Source of the DNA: Bryobacterales bacterium
Lineage (GTDB): Bacteria; Acidobacteriota; Terriglobia; Bryobacterales; Bryobacteraceae
DNA length: 64,000 nucleotides
Assembly (NCBI GenBank): GCA_963703295.1
Contig: OY969810.1
Location: 1,232,001-1,296,000, forward strand
Reading direction: 5' to 3'
A program made the position numbers and the translations under genes. Below the pieces are notes generated by a model, which was given only the letters and a program-made list of their open reading frames with translations, had not been told where the DNA came from and searched no databases. Shown in pieces: positions 56,288 through 64,000 of this stretch. The first letter of the stretch is position 1, and each line of letters starts with the position of its first letter.

Positions 56288-58452
56288 CCCCTGAGGAGCT
56301 TGCGCGAGTAAAATCGGCTCACTCGGAAGCGCTGTCGCTCCCCGGCGCCGACCGCGCCGGATTTCTTCAAGCTCGATTCGCCGGTGAACCGCATCTGCTG
56401 GACGAGGTGTCGGAGTTAATCCGATGCTCGGAGGGCGCGGGCGCGTTTCTGCAGACTCCGCTGATCGCGCGGCTCATTGAGCCGGATTCGCGCGATCACA
56501 GGCCGTCGCGCATCGGGCCGTACGCGTTGATCCGGGATCTGGGACATGGGGGCGCATCGTCGGTATATCTGGCTCGCCGGGATGACGATCTTTTCGAGCG
56601 CCAGGTCGCGATCAAGATACTGAACCGCTTCTCACACTCGGAAGATGCTTTCGCGCGCTTCCGGCGGGAAATTCAAACGCTCGCGCGAGTGGAGCATCCG
56701 TACATCGTACGTTTACTGGATGCGGGGACCACGGAGGTGGGCGTCGCGTATATCGTGACTGAATTCATCGATGGGAAGGATGTAGACCAGTTCACGGCGC
56801 CTTTGCCGCTCGAAGAGATGCTTCGCGTATTCCTGAAGATTTGCGAGGGGGTTTCGGCGGCGCACCAGCGCCTGATTGTGCATCGCGATATTAAGCCGTC
56901 TAACATTCTCGTGACAGAGGAGGGCGTTCCGAAGCTGCTCGACTTTGGGATCGCGCTGCTGCTCGATTCCGATACCCGCCTCACCGATACCGGTCTAAGG
57001 CGCATGACCGCTCATTACGCAAGCCCCGAACAACTTCGCGGCGACAAAAATATCTCGACCCTGAGCGACGTGTTCTCGTTGGGAGTCCTCCTCGATCAGT
57101 TGGTTTTGACCCGCGCGCGCACATTGCCTTTCGATTTGCGGGCGATTATTCAGAAGGCCCGATCGGAAGAGCCGGACCGGCGTTATGCCTCCGTAGACCA
57201 TCTGTGGGACGACGTGACCCGGTTCCTGGCGCGGGAGCCGGTAGTCGCTCAGGGGCACGATGTCCGCTATCGAGCTCGGAAATTTCTGCGGAAACATTGG
57301 ATTGCCGTGACCGCGGTTGGCGCGGGACTTTGTCTTCTTGCGGGATTGGCAGTCTTCTCGACAGTCGCGGCACACATGGCGCGTAAGCAATCTCTTCGGG
57401 TGAAGGATCTGCTAACGAATGCGTTTGAGGTAACGGATGCACATAATCATCGGTGGACCGGTCTGCCGGTTCGGCGGTCGCTCGAGACGGTGAAGTTGTT
57501 CTATCTGGAACCGGTGAGTGCGGAATACCCGGATGACCGTGAACTACAGACACAGCGCTTCGACAGTTGGCGCGAGCTCGCTCACGTTCAGGGTCTGCCA
57601 TTCGAATTGAACTTGGGGGAAACGGCCCAGGCCAGGACGAGCATGGCGAAGGCGGTAGCGATTGGCGAGAACCTGATCCGCCGCTGGCCGGGAGGCCCTA
57701 GAAGCCGGCGGGACGTGGCGCTCGCGCGTCTGGAGCTGGGTGCGATCCTGATCGAGATGAACCTTCAGCCGGAAGCGAATGCGGAGTTCCAGCGGGCCGA
57801 TGAGCTGTCTGGGAGCGCGAGCGACCCGGATCTGCGGGTCCACCTGGAGTTCATGGCGCAGCGGTCGCGCATCCTGCGGCTGCGGGGACAGCCATCTGAG
57901 GCGCTGGAGTTGCGACGCCAGGTAGCGGAACAGAGAGAGGCCATCTTTCGTGGGGCGCCCAAATCGATTCTTTGGGAGTACGCGGGCTCGCTCTGCTCTT
58001 ACGGCGAGCTGCTCCGGGAAATGGGCAAGTTTCGCGAAGCTGCGCAAGCGTATGCCAAAGCCCTGCCCTTGATCGAAGAGTGGGCTGCCGTAGGGCCGGA
58101 GGAACTGAACCGGGCGTGGCACCAGGCGCGCGAGAACGAAGAGTATGCGAAGGCGCTCGCCGGGATGGGTGAAACCGAACCGGCGATAGCCCGGCTGGAT
58201 CGCGCGATTGCCTTTTATCGAAACATCCTATTGAGAGAACCGGACGCGATGTCGGATCAACGCGCGTTAGCGATGTGTCTGACCAATTGCGCGCAATTGG
58301 AAGCAAGGCGTGGCGGGTCGAGCCGCGCGCTCGGTTTGATCCGTGAAGCCGAGAGGCTGAGTGAGGAGGCGGTGAATCGTGATGCCGCCAGTTGGCGGGC
58401 GCAAACGGAATTCGCCGGGATTCGCAAGGCTGCGGCGGAAATCCGACGATAG
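56284..58452 (+). CDS. Ser/Thr protein kinase with TM segment and C-terminal TPR-like region
   Basis: ATG 56284 overlaps the sigma stop (ATGA). Hanks motifs are present (GHGGASSVYLA, AIK, HRDIKPSNIL, DFGIA, YASPEQ), followed by a TM segment (WIAVTAVGAGLCLLAGLAVFSTV) and a helical repeat tail. Confidence 0.9.
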   Translation: MTPEELARVKSAHSEALSLPGADRAGFLQARFAGEPHLLDEVSELIRCSEGAGAFLQTPLIARLIEPDSRDHRPSRIGPYALIRDLGHGGASSVYLARRDDDLFERQVAIKILNRFSHSEDAFARFRREIQTLARVEHPYIVRLLDAGTTEVGVAYIVTEFIDGKDVDQFTAPLPLEEMLRVFLKICEGVSAAHQRLIVHRDIKPSNILVTEEGVPKLLDFGIALLLDSDTRLTDTGLRRMTAHYASPEQLRGDKNISTLSDVFSLGVLLDQLVLTRARTLPFDLRAIIQKARSEEPDRRYASVDHLWDDVTRFLAREPVVAQGHDVRYRARKFLRKHWIAVTAVGAGLCLLAGLAVFSTVAAHMARKQSLRVKDLLTNAFEVTDAHNHRWTGLPVRRSLETVKLFYLEPVSAEYPDDRELQTQRFDSWRELAHVQGLPFELNLGETAQARTSMAKAVAIGENLIRRWPGGPRSRRDVALARLELGAILIEMNLQPEANAEFQRADELSGSASDPDLRVHLEFMAQRSRILRLRGQPSEALELRRQVAEQREAIFRGAPKSILWEYAGSLCSYGELLREMGKFREAAQAYAKALPLIEEWAAVGPEELNRAWHQARENEEYAKALAGMGETEPAIARLDRAIAFYRNILLREPDAMSDQRALAMCLTNCAQLEARRGGSSRALGLIREAERLSEEAVNRDAASWRAQTEFAGIRKAAAEIRR

Positions 58453-58621
58453 CCTGCCGCTCACGTCGCAGTCGAGGATCTTGATTTCACCCATAGAGAC
58501 CCAGGGCCAGCTATAGAAGCCGCCTCGTTCGCGAATACCGAAGATGATTGTCTCGGGTTTGCCTGTTGTGGCTTTGGTCGCCGGACAGCCGGCTGCGGGC
58601 GGCCTGTCGAATACCTGCATA

Positions 58622-59656
58622 CTAGAACGACAATCGCGCGCTTAACTGAAACTCCCGCCCGGGCGTGGTGGCTTCCGTGATACTCCCGAACTGGGGGGTG
58701 TTCACGAAACGGTTCGGCGTACCCCAGTTGGAATGGTTGAGTGCGTTATAGGCTTCGGCGCGCATCTCCAGACGGGCTCGTTCCACCAGGACAAAGGATC
58801 GCGTTATGGCGATGTCCATGGTTTGCATTCCGGGTCCGTAGACGGTATTACGGCCAAGGTCGCCGAAGGTATATGCCGCGGGCGTTGCGAATGCGGCGGG
58901 GTTGAACCAGGCGTTGGTGTTGCCGGTGCCGGGCCCGAATACCGGCTGGCCAGTGTAGTTGGCGCGAATTGGATTTTCGCCCACCACGGTGCCGGCATTC
59001 GCGGTGTCACCGTATACCGAGATGGTGAAAGGAAAGCCGCTCTGCACTTGGTACAGAGTGGAAATTCTCCAGTTGCGCGTGAGCGCCTGAGCGGCGTGGC
59101 TTGCGCCCAACGCGGGAATATCATATACCGCACTCACAACAAAGCGATGCCGCACGTCGCATGCCGGGCCTTTTTCCGCGTCCAGATCGCGGCTGTTCTG
59201 CGGAACGGCCGATTCGAACATGGGCGAGCGGAAATCCGGCGCATTGCTCAGGTTCTTTGAATAGGTGTAATTCGCCAGCAAGGTCAGGCCCTTGGAATAC
59301 CGCCGCCGGAGGTTGACGTATCCCGCGTCATACCAGCTCCTCGCGGTGTCTTCGAGCATGTTCACGGTGCTTACCGGAAAGGTGAGACCGGTTGACGCTA
59401 CGCTGGCTGGTATCACGGTGCCTGGCAGAAAGGTGGCGGTTGGATACGGCCGCCGTGGCTGCAGGGTACCTGGGCCAGGCAAGTCGTTGTTGATCAGGTC
59501 CGACCGCTGCAGGTGGAAGCCGCGTTCGCCGTGGTATCCAATCTCGAGGGTGGTGTCGTGCCCCAAGCTCTTCTGGACGGATGCGCTCCACTGCTGGATA
59601 TACTGCGGCGACGCATGGGGATCGAATGCGGTGAAGCTCACGACCGTGCTGCCCAA
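58622..59656 (-). pseudogene. C-terminal segment of a TonB-dependent-receptor-like outer membrane protein split by an IS
   Basis: GSTVVSFTAFDPHASPQYIQQWSASVQK ... GREFQLSARLSF* (beta-barrel C-terminus ending in F). It continues the reading frame of 61033..63361 once the IS and one copy of CCAA are removed. Confidence 0.85.
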
Positions 59657-61032
59657 TATTACTTCGTTAAGTAAATTGAGGTATTATTAGGGAGCCCGCA
59701 CGACGCAACCGCAGTAGCAGCATGATCCGGTCCAGGTACATAACAGTCGCTGAATTTCACGACGCGTCCTCGGCAGGGTCCACCCAGAAGTTTTTTTTAT
59801 TGCGGAGCGTCTCTAAAGTCAGAAAACTGTGGGCGAGCATGACCAGCGTCACATGGTGGTGCCATCCGCTCCAACTGCGCCCTTCATAGTGATCCAGCCC
59901 GAGTTCCTCCTTGAGTTGTTGATAGTCTTGCTCGATCTTCCAGCGTGCTTTGGCGACCTGCACTAATCGTCGAAGGCTGTAATCGGCAGACAGATCGCAG
60001 AAGAAATACCTGGTGGGTTCTGCGGCTTCCTCCGGCCATTCGACTAGCAGCCAGACCGCTTTACCTGGATTGCGGCCCTCGTGAAAGCCGTGGGACGGCT
60101 GCACGCGGGCCGCCCAGAAACGGGACTCTAATCGACCTTTGCTGCCTTCCCGCCAGCGAACTTTCTTCCAACCCTGGGCCTGTTGCGCAGCGTCTTTGAC
60201 CGCAACGGGACGCTGCTTACCATAGTGGGACGCCGTGGGCGGCCGCCCGGTCTGCTTCGGTTTCAACTTGCGTGGCCGCGGCGGTTCCACCCAAACTCCG
60301 GTGTTGGATTGCACTCCCACCGCATAACTCAGTTGGCGCTTCTCCAACTCCTCACGGAACGCCGTCACGTCTCCATAGCCCGCATCCGCCACAACAATCC
60401 GATCGGCCAATTTCCACCCGCGCGCCTGATCGATCATCTCCAAAGCCAATTCCCACTTCTTCTGAAATTTCACATCTTCCGGGATGCCGGCCTCTGCGCG
60501 GCGATGTGCATCTTCGGCCCAACTCTCGGGTAGATAGAGCCGCCAGTTCAGCACCGCCGCTCCCTCCGTGCACACTTCATGCAAACTTACCGCGACCTGA
60601 CAGTTCGCCGTCTTGCCCAGAGTCCCGGAGTACTGCCGCGCCACTCCCACCGAATGCTCACCCTGTTTGGGAAAACCCGTGTCGTCGATCACCCACACCG
60701 TGTCCGGTTCCAACTCCCGGACCATTCGTTGCGACAGTCGCTCCCATACCGGCTTCCAGTCCCAGGGACTCTGCCCTACAAACTGCTGCATCGCCTGCTC
60801 ATTGCCGTCCGGTAACCGCTTGGCCATGGGTTCAACGGACTTGCGCTCGCCATCTAGCAGCAGGCCGCGCACGTAGACTGATCCCCAGTGCCGCCGCTCA
60901 CTGCGTCCGACCGGTTCCAATAGATCGACCAAGAACTGCTCCAGGCGTTTTCGGCATCGCTCCAGTTGGGCGTCCGTCATGCCCAAACATTACGCCTATT
61001 TTATGTCTCTGTCAATACTTAACGAAGTAATA
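59657..61032 (-). mobile_element. IS701-family insertion sequence (1376 bp), perfect 17-bp terminal inverted repeats, 4-bp (CCAA) target duplication
   Basis: TATTACTTCGTTAAGTA (59657-59673) and TACTTAACGAAGTAATA (61016-61032) are exact reverse complements. CCAA flanks both ends (59653-59656 and 61033-61036). The duplication can alternatively be read as 6-bp CCAATA because the element ends in TA. Confidence 0.88.
59757..60986 (-). CDS. IS701-family DDE transposase
   Basis: 409 aa, uninterrupted. Contains RSERRHWGSVYVRGLLLDGERKSVEPMAKRL, VWVIDDTGFPKQGEHSVGVARQYSGTLGKTANCQV and IVVADAGYG. Confidence 0.9.
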   Translation of the reverse strand: MGMTDAQLERCRKRLEQFLVDLLEPVGRSERRHWGSVYVRGLLLDGERKSVEPMAKRLPDGNEQAMQQFVGQSPWDWKPVWERLSQRMVRELEPDTVWVIDDTGFPKQGEHSVGVARQYSGTLGKTANCQVAVSLHEVCTEGAAVLNWRLYLPESWAEDAHRRAEAGIPEDVKFQKKWELALEMIDQARGWKLADRIVVADAGYGDVTAFREELEKRQLSYAVGVQSNTGVWVEPPRPRKLKPKQTGRPPTASHYGKQRPVAVKDAAQQAQGWKKVRWREGSKGRLESRFWAARVQPSHGFHEGRNPGKAVWLLVEWPEEAAEPTRYFFCDLSADYSLRRLVQVAKARWKIEQDYQQLKEELGLDHYEGRSWSGWHHHVTLVMLAHSFLTLETLRNKKNFWVDPAEDAS

Positions 61033-63361
61033 CCAATACGGGCTGGGGAAAGTTGAAGCCGTTGATGGATGGCGTGAAGTTATCGCTCTGTTGGGTGATG
61101 GGAAAAACCAGGGGAACGTTGTGCAACTGGTTGCACCAGGTATTCAGATCGACCGGCGTATAGAAAATTCCGTAGGCTGCCCGCACCACCAGGCCCGCGC
61201 TCTCGACGTGGTGGGCAATGCCGAACCGCGGAGCGAAGCGCAGTTTGCTCGGGTACATCAGCCCGCGCGGCATACCGCTTTCGCCGCCGATGAACGCCAC
61301 CAGGCCCGTGCCGGTCTGATACAAATTGCTCCAATGGCGCGAGGTGTCCACCAGCGGCGCCATGAATTCATAGCGGACGCCCATATCGATCGTGGTGTGC
61401 GGCGTGATGCGCCAGGTGTCCTGCACGAACGCGTCGGCCGACCACTGTCGCAGGTCCATGGTGGGCACTCCGTTCTGCACCTGCCGCGTTGCGGGAAGAC
61501 CGAGCAAGAAGCTCGCCAGTGCATCGCCCGTTCCGTCATTGGTCGCGGTCTGCGTGGTAAATCCGTTGGTGAATGTGTAGTAACCGCGGCTCTGCACCAA
61601 TGCCCACATGGGCCAGATGTACCAGCGATAACTTCCGCCGAACTTGAGGCTGTGCGCGCCACGTTGCCAACTCAGGGTTTCGCGACCTTCGATGGTGGTG
61701 TCCCACATATGCATGGGCGTGGCCAGCCAGGCGTCGCCTAGGGGCGAGTAGCCCTGCACGTTGAAGGACGGAGCGCCCCAAGCCCCCTGGCCGCCAAAGT
61801 TGACGCCGGTGATTCCCAGCGCGTCAACGATGTCGTTGGTCCCGTTATTTTCCGTGTAGTGAAACATGGCAAGGCGAGACAGGGTAACGGATGCTGTGTT
61901 TACCATTGTGGGCGACACGATGTGCGTCCACATGATGGAACCGTTCTGGCCCATGTTGTCGTGATTGAAGCCATAGCCCGGCAAGTTCTGAGGATAGAAC
62001 CCGTATTCGCCGCTGACCGAGTAACGCCCATACAGAAAATCGCCTCCATTGAAAACCCGGTCGATACGGATGGTTCCCTGATTGGTAGTCAATCGCGAGT
62101 CACGCAGATCCAGAAGGTTATTCGAATCCTGTCCGCCACTGTTGCCAAGAACGGTTGGCGTACCCATCATAGTCATGGCGCCCATCATGCCGTTGTCCAT
62201 ATTGGGCAATGGGGTGTATTGCTGCAACATTTTTACAGACGCCGGATATAGCCGGTTGGCCGGAATCACATTGCCGGGAAATGCGCTGCGAAGCGACTGG
62301 GGATTCGAGGTGCTCACCGGGAGCGCCGGATTGTAGGCCGGGTTTGCGACGGAGCTCGAAGGATCGAAAATATTCGTTCCGCTTTGACTGAAATCGCCGC
62401 CGCCTTCCCCGGCGGTGGGAACCGTATCGATGGAGGTCTGCGCCTGTGTCTGGCGGTACCCCTCATAATTGGCGAAGAAAAACGTCTTCTTGCCGTAAAC
62501 CGGACCGCCCAGCGAGGCGCCGAAATTGTGCTGCACAAGGAATGTGGTCCCGGGCATCTCATTCCATGTGCGCGCATCGAACGCGCTGTTGCGAAGGTAT
62601 TCGTATGCCGTGCCATGGAACTGACTGGCGCCCGCTTTGGTGATGATGTTTATCTGCCCGCCGCCTGCGCCGCCCATCTCGGCGCGATAACTGCCGGTCT
62701 GCACCTGGAATTCCTGAACCGCATCGGGCGAGGGGCTGAAGTTCTGCGTGTTGAAGGTTGGATCGGTATTGATGGCCCCATCGAGCAGGAAGTAGTTGGC
62801 ATTCGGACGATTGCCACCAATGGTGATCGCCGATGCCTGTCCCGGACGCCAGTACAGAGGGTTCATCGTACCGGTCTGCGCTCCATGTCCCTGATGCGCG
62901 CCGGGCACCGTGAGGGCGAGGTCGAGCAGCATGCGGCCGTTGAGCGGCAGGTCCTGAATCGACCGGGGTTCGACCACTTCGCCGAGGCTGGCGTCTTGCG
63001 TCTTGAGCGTTTCTGCTGCGGCTGTAACGGCTACAGACTCTTTCCGCTCGCCCAGTTCCATCGCGAAATCAATCCCCATCCGCTGGTTCACTTCGAGGAT
63101 CACGTGGCGCGCAAGCGTCATGAAACCGGGAGCACTGACCTCAACGGAAAATTCTCCTGGAAGCAGGTTCACTGCCTCGAACAGCCCGTCACTGTTCGAG
63201 AGGAGCGCGCGAACCACGCCGGTATCCCTTGCTGTAATCGTCACTCGCGCATGGTCCAGGGGACGGTGAGAAGGGTCTTCAATCCTGCCGCTAATCGTGG
63301 CGAAGTTGCTCTGCGCCAAAGCGGCTACAGAGACAAAAAACAGAGCGAGTGCGGACCACAT
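61033..63361 (-). pseudogene. N-terminal segment of the same TonB-dependent-receptor-like protein (CarboxypepD_reg + plug + barrel)
   Basis: Signal peptide MWSALALFFVSVAALAQS and a carboxypeptidase-regulatory-like domain (ISGRIEDPSHRPLDHARVTITARDTGVVRALLSNSDGLFEAVNLLPGEFSV), then plug and barrel. The host sequence ends ...FNFPQPVL at the IS junction, and the frame terminates inside the IS. Confidence 0.85.
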
Positions 63362-63506
63362 TGCCTTGAATTGTATGGCGTCTCCCAGACCCGGGCAATA
63401 ATATGAAACCACTACACCGGGTCCGGCTGGACAGCAGGCGATTTGGCGTTGCGGCGGAATCCGAACCTTCTTTTATCGCGTCTTTGGTATTACTATTAGG
63501 TTTAAA

Positions 63507-63869
63507 GTGCGCAGGGCTTTCGCCAGTTCGGTTCTTTCCTTGCTTCTGCTCATCACGCTTCTGGGAGGCGGCTGCATCTCCTGCGAACAGTACTTTATGT
63601 TCGGCGGGGCGAAGAGCTGCTGCTCTTCTGACGGCCACTGCAAAACGAAGACCCCGCCGACAAAAAAGAATCCGGGACGCGCGTGCTCTCAGATTGCTTT
63701 CGACCATCACAAATCGATCGATCAGCACATCGATCTGCCGATCATTGCGGTGGCGAAAATGGATGCTCCTCCTTCCGCAATCGAGAGCGTGGAACGCTGG
63801 CACGGCCTCAGGACGGCTGAGCCATCTCCACCTGATCTGCAGGTACTCTACTCGATTTTCTTGATCTAG
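63507..63869 (+). CDS. Hypothetical Cys-rich lipoprotein/secreted protein
   Basis: Signal peptide with a lipobox-like LLGGGC, followed by C-x2-C ... CC ... C. No family recognised. Confidence 0.45.
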   Translation: MRRAFASSVLSLLLLITLLGGGCISCEQYFMFGGAKSCCSSDGHCKTKTPPTKKNPGRACSQIAFDHHKSIDQHIDLPIIAVAKMDAPPSAIESVERWHGLRTAEPSPPDLQVLYSIFLI

Positions 63870-63957
63870 TTCCCTTTCATTCGCGAGTTTCCCACTGGTG
63901 CGTTGGCGCGTCTACGCGCGCTGGCACCGTTGATGAATTGACGAAAGGAGAACTGGA

Positions 63958-64000
63958 ATGCATCATCCACGAATACGCCAGCGGGCTTTGGCATTCGCCT
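63958..64000 (+). CDS. 5' end of an unidentified gene (runs off the right edge)
   Basis: ATG at 63958 preceded by AGGAG; reads MHHPRIRQRALAFA. Too short to classify. Confidence 0.3.
   Translation, partial: MHHPRIRQRALAFA

Noticed and set aside
58453-58620. Minus-strand peptide ...GKPETIIFGIRERGGFYSWPWVSMGEIKILDCDVSG between the kinase gene and the receptor gene. It is faintly reminiscent of beta-propeller dehydrogenases.
   Set aside because: There are only about 55 codons outside the kinase gene and no clear start or family. It may be a gene remnant but is not supportable.

Overview
High-GC window that looks like an Acidobacteria chromosome of the Solibacter/Bryobacter type. It carries several protein families I recall as Acidobacteria- or Solibacter-defined: PadR + ADOP orphan permease, a TIGR03435-like protein, a VWFA-related protein, and NHL proteins with a Solibacter-type C-terminal domain. 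Gene content from left to right:
- A PSCyt/DUF1549/DUF1553 - DUF1501 - lactonase-like amidohydrolase operon.
- A tightly coupled seven-gene Wsp-like chemosensory operon: cheW-cheR(TPR)-cheW-mcp(CHASE3)-cheA/REC-cheB-hybrid kinase.
- An IS1380 remnant, then envelope genes (BON/LysM, DUF937-OmpA).
- A frameshifted tatC, a Ser/Thr kinase-TolB fusion, and a VWA protein with GGGYPN repeats.
- An ArsC/Spx-family gene with an in-frame UGA at the redox cysteine plus a downstream hairpin (candidate selenoprotein).
- ftsK and uppP, then an ECF sigma / FecR-like pair and a SpdH-like oxidoreductase (the FecR-like gene and the oxidoreductase are each frameshifted).
- A sedolisin with five Ig-like repeats, then PadR + ADOP permease.
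- flbD-motA-motB behind a sigma28-like promoter, a PLP dehydratase, and an oxalate decarboxylase-like bicupin.
- An intact ISKra4-family IS (9-bp target duplication, A8 slippery site), tRNA-Phe, and a decayed island next to it (integrase, TIGR03435 and ISL3 remnants).
- Two tandem NHL-repeat surface proteins, divergent from an ECF sigma + Ser/Thr kinase pair.
- A TonB-dependent-receptor-like gene split by an IS701-family element with perfect 17-bp inverted repeats.
No CRISPR array, rRNA or recognisable defence system was seen. The most unusual items are the UGA-containing ArsC-like gene, the chemosensory operon that ends in a REC-REC-PAS-HK-REC kinase, and the two freshly inserted IS elements.
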